In this document: piece by piece, positions 38,547 through 52,013 of the stretch
How the letters are laid out: every line of letters begins with the position of its first letter
Numbering within the stretch: the stretch's first letter is position 1
Assembly: GCA_964016885.1 (NCBI GenBank)
Contig: OZ024742.1
Coordinates: forward strand, 93,000,001 to 93,064,000
Source of the DNA: Eledone cirrhosa
Lineage: Eukaryota
Direction of reading: 5' to 3'
Length of the DNA stretch: 64,000 nt
The notes under the pieces: model-generated
What the model was told of the DNA's origin: nothing
What the model saw: the letters and a program-made list of their open reading frames with translations, nothing else
The model's database searches: none
Made by a program: the position numbers and the translations under genes

Positions 38547-39914
38547 AACCCTTTTGATAGCAACCTGCTCAAAATTATCTTTGGTTCTGTTTTACAGAAC
38601 CACTCATTTTAAATGGTTCCTATTTAAGTTATCCTTCTTTTTGAGGACTCTATCACATGCTTACCATCTTTATTTTTCATTCATCCAATTTCTGAGTGAA
38701 TGTAACCCAGTCTCTGTAACACACATGTGTGAAGTCGTTATAGTAGTCCAATCTATTATTATGTTGAAATATACTAGGTAAAACATTACTTTGTTTTGTT
38801 TGATTTGTCATCCTTTGCCCTTTATATATTTCTACCACATAGTACTGGCTTTTCGAAACCTATTGGTCTTTTATTACATATCGCACAATGTTTCATATTA
38901 ACTAAAGAAAGAAATATTTACCTGGGTTTATACAACACCACAAACATTTTAACCCTTTTGATAGCAACCCATATGAAACTGCCACAGGCTCTATAATACA
39001 AAACTCTTCCCAATGTTCATAACTATATTAAAATCTTTTATCAAAATTTTATGTATGAAGATTCTGTTGTGTTCCAAATAATAACTCAATAATGTAAAGA
39101 TGTTAGCTATTTTATTAAATCCCTCCAAATTCTTGATTATTTACAAAATGAATTGAAACATGTAAGCAGTAGATAGATTTCCTTAGATTAACAAGGACTA
39201 AGGCCATTTTCCCTGCTAATGCAAGAGTTAGTTAGCCCTGTAAGTCCCATGATAGGCTTTATACTCATTATGGGGCGTTGTTGAGAAGTTGTTTTACGGC
39301 CTTATGTTCTTCCAGGCATTAACAGGTTTAGCTATCCCTTATCAGAAGTAATTACAAGCTGTTCCTTTTTTTTCTTTTTACTAGTTTCTGTCATTAGAAT
39401 GCAAACCTACTGAAGCACTGCTGTAAACATCATATCAACCCCAATACTTATTGTTTTATGTTTGGTATTCATGTATTCTATCCATCTCTTTCTTTCAAGG
39501 CACTTTATTTTTCAGTCATCCAGTTTTATTTGTAAAGATTTAAACATATTGTAACCTGTGCATGTAATGTTTTTCTCATCCACCCTGCCTTGTGGCAAAA
39601 ACAGAAAAAGAATTATTTGCCTGGGTTTATAAAGATAACAAAAATATTTCTCCTTCTTCTCCCATTTTTGTTGCAGTTTGTTTCTACCTTTAGATTCCAA
39701 CTTCTCTAAAACAATTATTGAAAGGCTGTGATAAAATAATAAAAATAGCTTCTTCATATTAATGCATCACTAATTAAATAAAAGATAATTAGGAAATAAG
39801 AATGATGAAATTTCATTAAGGAACTAAGTTATTTGAGAAAGATGGGAGCTGAAGCTGTCAGTGATGGTGAACTTGCTGGAATTATTGGGATACATTAAAT
39901 TCTTTATGGAGAGT

Positions 39915-40540
39915 AACGATGATGAATGAAGTGATGAAAGAAATAGAAACATGGCATCACAAAGATGATGATGATGATGATGATGATAATGACTATGATG
40001 GTGGTGGTGGTAGTGGTGCTGAGGCTGTTGTGACGATGAAAGAGAAAATATGGCATCATGAAGGTGATGATGATGGTAGTGGAGGTTATGGTGTTGGCAC
40101 AACAAAGATGGTGGTGGTAATGATGATGATGGTGGTGATGATGCTAGTGGTGATAAAGGTGGTAATGATGATGATGGTGGCGGTAGTGAGGATCATATAT
40201 ATATATATGGCGATGATGGTGGTGGTGAGGCTGGTGTTGATGAAAGGGAAAATATGGAAGTGTGAAGGTGATGATGATGATGTTGGTGATGATTGGGGTG
40301 GTGGTGGTATTGATGATGATTGTGGAGGTGGTGGTTATGATGATGAGGATGGTGGTGGTGGTGATGGTACTGACAAAAGGGAAAATATGGCATCATGAAG
40401 GTGATGATGATGGTGATGATGTTTTGAGTAAGAGGATTTTATGTTGGTGATGATAGTGGTGATGGTTGTGGCAGTAGTTGTGGCTTTTGTGGTTGTGATT
40501 TTGATTGTGGAGGAGGAAGTGTTAATGGTGGTGGCAGTGT
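39915..40540. repeat. (GAT/GGT)n low-complexity tract with a recurring GAAAATATGGCATCATGAAGGT motif
   Basis: Variants of the motif at ~39945, 40044, 40249 and 40381. Confidence 0.8.
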
Positions 40541-43109
40541 TAAAGTTATAATTTTTTTTTAGTAGTCATAAAGATGGGTGACAAAAGCAGTAATATTAAC
40601 TGCCATAATAATAATTTCGTTTAGAAACATGAAGCCATAATACACCTATGTCTCTCTCTCCTCGCTAATGGAAAAGGGATTGCAAATCTATGACGCTGAT
40701 ATCATTCCTAAATACATGAACACAACTCTAGCAATGCCTTCATAAACCAACGTAAAAATCCAAAAAGAATTAAGAACGGAATATTCTGGAAAATACTATT
40801 GCTCTTCCAGAAAATAGAAACAAAACAGAAGCCATTAAAGAACATTTTTAAAAATTTGCAGCATTAAACAACCCAATGATCAAAAATAAGTGTACTCCAA
40901 AACGTCTGTAACTCCCTGATTGGTATAGCAGCAAGATAGCCACAATATTAATGTTTTTGAATGGATTTGTTTTGGATATTTGTTCCACAGAAGTTACATT
41001 GATGTGATTAATTATACTATAGTTTACAAATTGCTATATATAATAACTGTTTTAGTGCCATCTCTCCTGCTAAAGCAGGAATTATAGTTCACAAACTGCC
41101 ATATGCAACAACAACAACAATAAGCATTTTAGAGCCATCTCACTTTACAAGGTGTTCACAGATTTCTGCCTAGAGTTTAAAAAAAAAAAAAAAAATACTA
41201 CAGCAACAAGTGTTTAGCGCCATCACCTCACCTTTGTTAAAGCACAGATTATATTTCCCAACTTTCCGTTTAGAGTTAAAAAAATTCAATATACACCAAC
41301 AATAAGCAATTTAGGGCTTAGCACTACTATCTTCATGACAAGCTTTACACATCGATCTACCTTTCTGTGTGTCAACATTAAGAGTGGTGGCACTGAAATG
41401 CATTACCTTTAAGTAAGGGGGAGTCCAGTTTTGATTGGGTCATCTTTTAGTAACCTTTTTCTTTACTTGAAAGGAAATGTGTGATTGCTAGCTGATGATT
41501 AAATGGTTTTCACACAAGGCTAGATTAACCACCCCCACTACTGTACACAGCACTAACATGAGTAGTCTTACTTCTGTATATACAATTGTTGTTTACATTG
41601 TTTATTGTGTCAGTCAGGGAAGAGGTTTTCTGGCTGCATACCCTTCCTATCATGAGTCATTTTACAATGAGGAATGGGTGCATTTTATCATGCCAAAAGA
41701 ACTAGAGAGGTTCTGTGCCAGGACTTAAGAAACCTTTTTACTCTGTATTAGCTTTTGTATAGAGTAATTGCTCTCCTAGTTGAGGCACCTTTGCTGTGGG
41801 TTATAGAGTATATGTGTACCCTGTAAGTTCTACTTATTTGGAGTGACTTCCCTCATTGATTGACTGCCTTCATCTCAGCTTATGAAGCCCATGTCTATCT
41901 CTTACAGTATTATTTATTCAGAGTTACTGTTCTCCAAGATGGATTGATTTCCCTGTGTCTTATGAAGCCAACACTTGCCAAAAAATATACACACATGTGG
42001 GGTGCATAACTATGGAGAGAGCTACTAATTATATAACTGTAATTATTTAATTTTTGTGGCTTCTAGTGGAGTAATTTCCATGGTGATGATTATGACCATA
42101 ATTCGGTAAGTAGAAGCCATGGGCAGGAAATGGAACCTACATTACAGGAAATAGGCAGTAAGGAGCTTGTGGGTGGGCATGCTTCCTTGATACCTCATTA
42201 TATTTTCTCAGGTATTCTCACTTGTTGAGGAGTTAAATGAGAGTAAACTATTTTTTTTAGATATCTTCAGCTACATTATTTCTTTTAATGATAGTGTATA
42301 AAATAGAAAAGACTTACTACATTTACACTATTTAAAAAGCATATAACATTGAAACAAATTTATATACACACTCTAAAGAGTGTATACAAACACTATCATA
42401 TATACATTCTGTAGATGATGTTTACAGTCTTGAAAATATCTGTCATGTGAATATCAATAATTTATTTTCAAATGTTAGACATTTAATCAAAATGATCTGT
42501 GTTTGTGGCTTAAAATGGTTCATATGTCAGCAAGAGGCAGTTGCCAACAAAACTGTATAAATATTCAGGACAGCGACAGCAAAAACGTAATGGAAATTTG
42601 AAAAAAAAAATAATAACCAAAAGAAATCAAAACAAATTATCTACCATGGTTTCAGGTTCAGACTTAAAGGTCTTCTACAAGAGCCGTGGGTTAACCAAAG
42701 TGGAATTTAGTAAACAGAAACTATATAGAGGCCCATCTCAATATATATATATATATATGTTATATAAATATTAGTGAAGGCCATATGAAGTTGTGCATAA
42801 ATCTATTTGGCTATTATGCATATTTCTCTGGGGTCGATAGTTAGGTGGGGTGATTTCCAATAACCATCAGGCCAAATTCATCAGACAGAATTCAGAGATA
42901 AAGACAATCAACTACTGAAGTTTACTGATTTGAGGGGCATAAAGCCTGTTACCACCTAATTGGCCAGCCCCTATATCTATACTGTATGTATACTCTGCCT
43001 TGGATTACCAAAGTGAACTTGGATTAGTACATGTCAAATGCTTTATTCTATTGGCACTACCATTAACTGATTGGAATGGGGACTGCACAAGTCTAGTCAG
43101 TTAACACCT

Positions 43110-43155
<46 letters not shown>

Positions 43156-43399
43156 CTTTCTTTATTAACCACAAGGGTTTACATAAAGTAGACATTAAGG
43201 ACAGTACAGGACAATACAGGACGGTACAAATGGGCATTTCTGCGTGTAAAAAAAACAGAGGATGTAATAAAAAATAACAATGAAAAATTCCCCAATAGGG
43301 GGGAGACTTCCGAGGGACATTTGTGGAGAAAGCCCATTAAAAGGCCACAGTGACCCTGACCACCAGGGCAAGTGCCCTCTCCCAGTTTTCCACCTTTAA

Positions 43400-46300
43400 T
43401 TTACAGACAGATACTCAGAGTAGGCCCATTCACACGGGCCATACTTGCTTCTTTCACCTATCTTTCAACAAAATGCTGGGAAGGGAGCACTTCTCTCTCT
43501 ACCCTGATTTTCCTTTTCAAATGAAATTTGAAAAAGTTAAACAGGGCATCACTGAAGAGGTAAGTGCTCGTCTTTAGCCCTTTCAAAGGTGTCCACCATA
43601 CTATCTCTTTCGCCATGGCCACCAGACAGATAAAAACTGCCTGCCCTTCCCGGCTAAAGGAAGTGGGCGGGGCAATCCTCACGATGGACTACACGTGACA
43701 GCAGGTGTTCAACATAAACCCACAAGTCAGCAATGTTCGGACACTGGACGAGTGCGAGCAGGACGGTTTCGTCGCCCTGCACGCATCTCGGATATGCCCG
43801 GCTGACGGCACCTCCATGCCTGTAGAGTTTATCCCGAACTGGAAAAGCTCCTCGGTAGCACTGCAAGGCCAGGGATTTCTGGAAGTTGTCCATAGGCCCC
43901 GACCCGAAAGTCCTTCCAAAGAGATTGGCTAGTTGATTTTCGTCGACGCCTAGAGTTTCTCCAAGTACGTCGTCGCTCTTCCCCTCCACTAATCCTCTAT
44001 AGAACGCCAAGGTGGAGTTTCCACCGATCACATTGCCCGATTGGTCGAGGGCTGTGAGCGCCTGAAGACATTCCAGTCTCCAAGCGCTCCCTCTCGGTCT
44101 TCGCTTGACCCAGGACTGCAGCTCCGTCAAGGAGACGAGCTGGGGGAAGACGTGTCTAGTAAACGGCGACCACACCTGATCACCGTCGAGGAAGAGGTGG
44201 AGATGTCGTGGCCTGAGCGCGTGTCTGCGCATCATCAGCCACGGCATGACCAGCCCTCCACGTAGCGGGTGTTGACAGCAGATGGACCGCCTGACCATCG
44301 GAGCGCATCCCTTCCACAAAAATCAAAAGAGCAAACGCTCCAGCGCAGTCAGGCGGGGCTTAGGACAAGGTACGATGGTTAGGCGGTAGTAGATGACGGA
44401 CGCGATGTACGCGTTGGCCACCTCCGCTCGACCTTTCAGGGATAGCTTCCTCTCCGCCCATTTCTGAGTGAGGGAAGCCACCCTGCTCGTCACCTCGTCC
44501 CAGTTTTTGTCCGTCTGGAGGTCCGGACCGAACCAGACTCCTAGCAATTTAACCAGTCCATCCGTCCAGCGCCCGACGACGCTGTTGGACGGCATGGACC
44601 TGCCTCTCCGGGTGTCGAGCTGCAGGCCCACTGACTTTTCCTGGTTGATCATTGCTCCGGACACCGCTTCGTATTCTCTTAGTGTAGTGCCGATCGCCTC
44701 GATGTGTTTGGCGTTCGACACCACTACAGTGACATCGTCCGCATATGCTGACACGGATCTTCCGCATCCTAGTTCGCGCGGGACCCCCCTCAACGTCTCC
44801 AGTGTGTGTGTAGTAATGGCTCGAGAGTCAATACGTACAAGAGGGACGAGAGGGGACATCCTTGGCAGACCGAGCGCATGATGTTGAACGGTTCCGAAAT
44901 GTGACCGTTCACTCTCACCACAGAGCAGATATTGCTGTGCATGGCAGCAATCCAGCCTCTGAAGATGGGCCCAAAGCCAGCCGCCCTCAGGACTGCCGCT
45001 AGGTAACGATGGTCGACCCTATCGAAAGCTTTCGACTGATCTAAATTGATCAAGGACCCACCCGTGCCAGGTTCCCTAGCTACCCTCTCTACGATGTATC
45101 GCATGAGGTGGAGGTTGTCGTGGATGGATCTGTCGGGAATGGCGCACGTCTGCGTCTCTCCCACCAGACCACCAATGACAAGCGCCAACCTCTTTGCTAG
45201 CACCTTGGCCAAAATCTTGAACTCGGTGTTTAGCAAGTTACAGGCCTGAAATTATCTATGTTATCCCCCTTGTTCGGATCCTTTCTCAGCAGCGCCACAG
45301 CTCCTCGGCTCACAGAGCTGGGAATTCTCCCATTCTGTTGCCAGTTGCAGTAGACATCCGCCAAGAGGCCTCCGAACAAGTCTGGCATCTGTACGTAAAG
45401 TTCATAGGGCAGACCATCCAAACCAGGTGATTTACCCCTTGTGCAGCCAGTCATTGCCTCCCTTACTTCAGCGGCTGTTATCGGCTTTTCGCAACACTCC
45501 GCCTCAGTGGCCGAGAGTCGCGGCAGTCCGTCGAGGTAGACACTAAAGTCCATCCCTCGATCCGGCCCGCCGCTGCCCCCGCACAGCTGTGCGAAGTGTC
45601 GCTGAAAAGCTTCACACATTTGCCCGGGATCGAGTAGCATGCGCCCGTCGTGGTCCACCAAAGACCGGATCGTGGCTTTGTTGCCACGACGCGCCTCCGC
45701 CACTCGGGCCCATTGAACAGCTTTCGTCCCCTCGTGTCTGAGAGCACGCACCCTAGCTCTGACAACGCAGCCTTCGTGCTTTTTGCAATGAAGAATTGGT
45801 CAAGGGCCAATTTCGCCGCAAGTACGTCGGTCGCGATGCCTTTGCTAAGCGTCTCGGCTAATTTTCTAACTAATTCTCCCTCTGCTCTATTTTTTTTCTA
45901 TTGCTAAAGCCTTACTAAACCTAATGGACTCTATTATAATTGCTCTTTTCAGAGCAAACCACCACTTGTTGTTCACAATGGCCCCCGTCAACGCCCGCTT
46001 AACTAGTTCACTAATCCGGTCTCTGTAGGCCTTGCACGCTGGTAAGGACGCGTTTAGCTTCCAGTAACCGAGTCCTCGTCTATGAAGCCTATCTAAGTCA
46101 AGCACACACATCACGAATTTGTCGTCTGTGTAGCTGACTATCTTGAATTGTGGACAGCCTATGCTAGACCTATCTATTTCCCTACAAAATACTCTATCTA
46201 GACATGATCTGGATGACCCTATGCGATTTGTCCAAGTCCACATTGGCACATTCGGGAAATCCAATCGGTACCTGTCAGACAGTTCAAAACGCCTGAGCAG

Positions 46301-46800
46301 GTTGGTGAGGCTCTTGCACCCTCCTCCCCTATGCGCTGATCCCACACAGTCCCAGCGTGCATCTAAGATCCCGTTCCAGTCGCCCACTAACACTAAAGAG
46401 CGGGACGTTCCAAGAAAGGTCTCCAGACGCCGGAAGAAATCAGGTCGCCCTGCTCCTGTCGGGGCATAGACGGCCACTAGCCTGAAAGCTTGCCCGTCTC
46501 CGCTGGTCACGTCTAGCACCACCAACTTACCTTCTGGGTCCAGGAAGATGGCCCATATGGCGAGATCCAAACCTCTCCGAAAAAGCACAGCAACTCCTCC
46601 CCCGATCCCAGACGGCTGGGAGATGCGTACACATCGTAGCCGCCGAAGATCGGTGGGAAGGCCCATGCTTCGAAGATTCTGGTCTCGCTGATGGCCACTA
46701 CATCTATGTTTAGTGACCTGAGGTCGTTGAGCAGGTGGCTCTGCTTCCATGATGACCCCAAGCCACGCGCATTTATGCTGCCTATTCTGAGTGAGGTCAT
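43400..46800 (-). pseudogene. LINE ORF2 (APE + RT + Zn knuckle), frameshifted
   Basis: Consecutive ORF-track pieces 46513-46800, 45887-46834, 45230-45751, 44790-45236, 44323-44859, 43654-44319 and 43458-43682. Confidence 0.93.
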
Positions 46801-46834
46801 GTTGAAATGGAGTGGAAAAGATGGGAAAGACCAC

Positions 46835-47997
46835 TTACCTTACTTCTCGTAGAGGAAGGATGGTTTGTCCATCCTTTTCACTGCCTGTGGCCTCCTCCAG
46901 AAGGATGTCCTTATAAATCCTCCTGGAGAGTGTTTGTCGGAAGTCTCCGATGTCTTTGGGGAATTTTTGTTTTAGTGTCGTGTACGTTTTCTGTGTGGTG
47001 CGAGTGATTTGTATGTGTGGAGGTGGTGTGAACTTTTGGGTTGTTGTGTAGTCTTTTTCTGTGATGCTGGTGTTGTGTTGGATGTAGTGTAATAATTGGT
47101 TGTTGTTCAAATTTAATGCTGTGTAATGTGTATCGTTTTGGTTGTTTTGTTTTGTTTGCGTTTGTTGTGGGTTTGTTTCTGTTTCGCTTTTTGGTGACTT
47201 TTGTGGTGTTGGTGAAGGTGGTGTTGGGGTTAATGATGGTGATGGTGTTGGTGTTTGTGGTGATGGGGTTGGTGATGCTGGTGTGGATGGTGGCATATCT
47301 GTCCTAACTTTTTTGTTTGATAGTTTATTTGTTTCCCTCTGTATTTTGTTTTTGGAGGGGGAGGGAGTCTCTGGCCACAATAGCTTGGGACGAGTGTGAA
47401 GTCGTCACTTCTTAATGGGGCCATGGAGTGTTCTCTCGCCTCCTGTGGTGTTTCAAAGAACACGTCCACGGTTCCATATTTCTGCCCACGTCTGATCTGG
47501 ATTTTTTTTGCCCACACATATCCCCAAGCTTTCTGGATTTGGGACTCGGATGCCCGTTCCACTCGGCGCGATTTTATATTAATTGTTCGATAAGACACGG
47601 TGCATAGGCGCCGATGTTCCATTTTATTAGGGGGGCTCACCCTGTATCCATCTCTCTTTACCATTTTTTTGGCTTCTTCTAATTCCTCCTGAGTTACCTG
47701 AAATGCTTTGCACTGTTTTGCTACTCTGGCAAAACTCAGGGTGGTTTTCTTAATGTCATTGTTGCTGTTGTTGTTATCGTTATTTTTGTTATTATTAATT
47801 TTAGTTTCAGTTGTGGTGGTGGTGGCGTCAGTGGTGTTCGGTGTGGAAGAGTTCATTTTGGTTGAATTCATTTCGATATCACGAGTTAATTTATTTTTTT
47901 CTTTTGTTTCTGTTGTCGCTGTGGTGGTGGTGGGGGTGGCGGCTTTAACACCTGCAGTCATTGATAATGGCGGGAAATGAATGTCTGCCTGAGACAA
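46835..47997 (-). pseudogene. LINE ORF1 with internal deletion and frameshift near 47380
   Basis: RRM-like KYGTVDVFFET...LVPSYCG is homologous to element 2, but the segment with the CCHC knuckle is missing. Confidence 0.8.
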
Positions 47998-48685
47998 ATT
48001 TAAAATATTGCTACTGCTTATATTTTTAGTGTTGCAAACGTAGTAATATTTACAATGGTGGTGTCGGTGTGAGGTGTTAGTTTGTGAGGAAGGCTCTCAG
48101 CTACTGAGTCGGCCATGATTTTTCAAAGGAAATTTTTTTTTTTTCTTTGATAATTATAAAAAGTTTAAATTTTGGGCTCAAGGCCCCATCTTTTTGAGTG
48201 TCCTTTTCAGAAATCAATGTATGTGCACTTATATCCAGTTAACAATAAAAAATTTCCATAAATGGCAATTTTAAACAACTGAAAATAACAAACATTTGCG
48301 GAGCTCACGATGATATGATTTACTACGTAGGTCGCCAATAGTAATAGTAATAATAATAATAATAATAATGATTTCTTTATTGGTCACAAGGGCTGACGTC
48401 AAGAAAAACATTACAGACGGCACAAGACGGTACGATGTGGGTTTTGTGCGTGTAAATATTTTTATTATTTATATAAGAAAAGAGAAAAAAAAAGGACATA
48501 AAATATATATATATATATATATAAACAATAAAAATGAAAATTGAAACAATGAAAAATTCCCCAATAGGCGGGAAACCTCCGAGGGTTACTCGTGGCGAAA
48601 ACCACACAAAAGACCAAGGCCACCCTGACCACTAGGGCAAGCGCCCTCTCTCAATTTTTCCATCTCTCAAACTACAGACGTATAT

Positions 48686-51600
48686 TCAGACCATTCTCGC
48701 TACATTCACCCACCTTTCAACAAACTTGCTAGAAAGCAGCACTTGCCTCTCCACCCTGATTTTCTTCTTCAAGTGAAACTTGAAAAAGTTAATTAGGGAT
48801 TCGCCGAAGAGGAAAGTGTTTGTCTTTAACCCTTTTAACCTTGTCCACCACACAATCTCTTTCGCCATGGCCACCAGGCAGATGAAAACCGCCTGCCCTT
48901 CCTCCTCAGCGAGAGCAACTGTTCAACATAGCTCCACAAGTCAGCAATGCTCGGGCACTGAACGAGTGCATGCACAACGGTTTCATCGCTCTGCGCGCAT
49001 CTCGGACAGGCTCGGTTGACGGCACTTCCTTGCCTGTATAGCTTATCTCGAACCGGCAGCGCTCCCCGGTAGCACTGCCAAGCCAGGGATTTTTGGAAGT
49101 TATCCATAGGCCCCGGGCTGAAAGTTCTCCGGAAGAGAGCAAACAGCTGATCTTCTTCGACGCCCAGGATCACTCCGAGAATGTCGTCGCTCTTCCCTCC
49201 ACTAGTCCTCTATAGAACGCCGAGGTGGATGTTCCACCGGTACTGGTGCCCAACTGGGCGAGGGCAGTGAGCGCCTGGAGACATTCCAGTTTCCAAGCGC
49301 TATCCCTCGGTCTTTTTCTGACCCAGGACTGCAGCTCCGTTAAGGGGATGAGCTGTGGTAAAACGTTCCTGGTGAACGGCGACCACACCCGTTCACCATC
49401 AAGGAAGCACCAGAGATGTCGCAGCCTCAGCGCATGTTTGCGCATCATCAGCCATGGCATGCCCAGTCCTCCACGCAACGAGTGTTGACAGCAGATGGAT
49501 CGTCTGACCATGGGAGCGCATCCCTTCCACAAAAAGTGGAAGAGGAGGCGCTCCATTTTGATGAGAGTTGGGCTGGAGCAAGAGACGACGGTGAGGCGAT
49601 ATATGATGACGGATGCGATGTACGCATTCGCCACTTCCGCCCGGCTTTTCAGGGACAGCTTCCTCTCAGCCCATTTCTGGGTGAGGGAGGCCACCCTGCT
49701 CATCACCTCGTTCCTGTTTTTCTCCATCTGGAGGTCCAGTCCGAACCAGACCCCGAGCAATTTAACCGGTCCGTCCGTCCAATGCCCCACGATGCTGTCG
49801 GACGGCATGGACTTGCCTCTCCAGGTGCCGAGCTGCAAGCCCACCGACTTTTCCTGGTTTATCTTTATTTCTGTCACCGCTTCGTATTCCTTGAGAGCGG
49901 TGCCGAGCATCTGGACGTGTCTGGTGCTCGACACCACCACGGTGAAATCGTCAGCGTAAGCTGACTCGGATTTCCCGCATCCTAGTTGGCGTGGGACGCC
50001 CCTCATCGCCCCCAGTTTGTGCAGTAACGGCTCGAGAGCCAAGACGTACATGAGGGACAAGAGGGGACAACCCTGGTGAACTGAGAGCATGATGCTGAAC
50101 GGCTGCGGCAGGTGACCGTTCACCCTCACAACTGAGAAGATGTCGCTGTACATTGCTGCGATCCAACCCCTGAAAACGGGCCCGAAACCGGCTGCCTCGA
50201 GGACCGCCGCCAGGTACCGATGGTCGACCCTATCGAATGCTTTGGATTGATCCAAGTTGATCAGGCCCCACCCTTGCCAGGTTCCTTAACCACCCTCTCT
50301 ATGATGTATCGCATGAGGTGGAGGTTGTCGTGTATGGATCTGTCCGGAATGGCGCATGTCTGCGCCTCTCCCACCAGACCCTTGACGACAAGCGCCAACC
50401 TCGTTGCTAACACCTTGGCCAAAATCTTGAACTCTGCGTTTAGCAGAGTTATGGGCCTGAAATTATCGATAACATCCCCCTTGTTTGGGTCTTTTCTCAG
50501 CTGCGTCACTGCTCCCCGGTTCACAAAACTGGGAATGCTCCCGTTCTGCTGCCAGTTGCAGCATACATCTGCCAAGAGGTCACCGAACAAGTCTGGCATA
50601 AATGCATAAAGCTCGTAGGGCAGACCATCAAAACCTGGCGATTTACCCCTTGTGCAGTTAGCCATCGCTTTCGGTATTTCACCGGCTGTTATTGGCTTTT
50701 CGCAACACTGTGCTGCGGTCGTCGAGAGCCGAGGCAGTCCGTCGAGGTATGCACTGAAGTCCATGCCCCGATCCGGGCCGCCGCCGCTCCCGAACAATTG
50801 AGCAAAGTGCTGCTGAAAAGCTTCACACATCCGCTCGGGTTCGAGTATGACGCACCCGTTTTGGTCAGACAAAGACCGAATTCTGGCTTTGTTTCCACGT
50901 CGCGCCTCTGCCACCCGGGCCCATTGGACGGCTTTTGTCCCCTCGTGTTTCAGAGCACGCGCTCTAGCTCTGTCAACGCAGCCTTCGTGTTTTGCGTTGA
51001 AGAATTGGCCGAGTGCCAATCTCGCCGCAAGCACGTCGGTTGCGATACCTGTCCTAAACGCCTCTTCTAGCTCTCCCTCTACTCTATTTTCCTCTATCAC
51101 TACTCCTTTGCTAAACCTAATCGACTCTACTTTAATTGCCCTTTTCAGGGCGAACCACCACTTGTTGTTGACGACCGCTTAACTAATACGCTAATCTGAT
51201 CTCTGTAGGCTTTGCGCGCCGGGAAAGACGCGTTCAGCTTCCAGTAACCAGACCCTTGTCTATGAAGTCTGTCTATGTCAATCTCACAGATCACTAATTT
51301 GTGGTCTGTGTAGTCGACTATTTTAAATTGTGGACAACTTATACTAGCCTTATCTAGTTCTCTGCAGAATACCCTATCGAGATACGATCTGGATGACCCG
51401 ATGCGGTTTGTCCATGTCCACATTGGCACATTCGGGTGATCCAGTCGATACCTGTCAGACAGTTCAAAACGTCTGAGCAGGTTGGTGAGGCTCTTGCACC
51501 CTCCTCCCCTATCCGCTGACCCCACACGATCCCAGCGTGCATCTAAGATACCGTTCCAGTCGCCCACTAACACTAAAGAGCGGGACGTTCCAAGAAAGGT

Positions 51601-51981
51601 CTCTAGACGTCTGAAGAAATCTGGCCGTCCTGCCCCTGTTGGAGCGTAGACGGCTACTAGCCTGAAAGCATTGCCTTCGCTGCCGGTCACGGCCAGTACC
51701 ACCGACTTACCTTCTGGGTCCAGGAAGATGGCCCGTATCGCGAGATCCAAGCCTCTCCCAAAAAGGACGGCAACCTCTCCCCCCGATCCTGGACGGCTGG
51801 GAGATGCGTATACATCGTAGCCGCCGAAGATCGGTGCGAAGGCCCGTGCCTCGGAGATTCTGGTTTCACTGATGGCCACCACATCTATGTTTAGTGACCT
51901 AAGGTCATTGAGCAGGTGACCCTGCTTCCAAGATGACTCCAGGTCACGTGCATTTATACTACTTATTCTGAGTACAGCCAT
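48686..51981 (-). pseudogene. LINE ORF2 (APE + RT + CCHC), frameshifted
   Basis: Starts MAVLRISSINAR; contains YLDRVF, TDHKLV, FRPITLLN, AYADD and CPRC...HALVQC. Confidence 0.93.
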
Positions 51982-52013
51982 GTTGGATGAGAAACGGGGC
52001 AAGTGAGAAAGGG

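Larger units (their letters stand above)
43112..48336 (-). mobile_element. L1/Tx1-clade LINE, near full length, decayed (5'UTR, ORF1, ORF2, (TTA)n tail)
   Basis: APE motifs (SINARG, VAVYAP, LVGDWN, YWKLN), RT motifs (KSPGLDGL, DQSKAFDRVDH, QGCPLS, AYADD) and a C-terminal zinc motif; frameshifts; tail at 43112-43153. Confidence 0.95.

Noticed and set aside
40640-40920. LINE remnant (LYLPR..GGRG-like)
   Set aside because: Requires frameshifts and stops; too weak to call.
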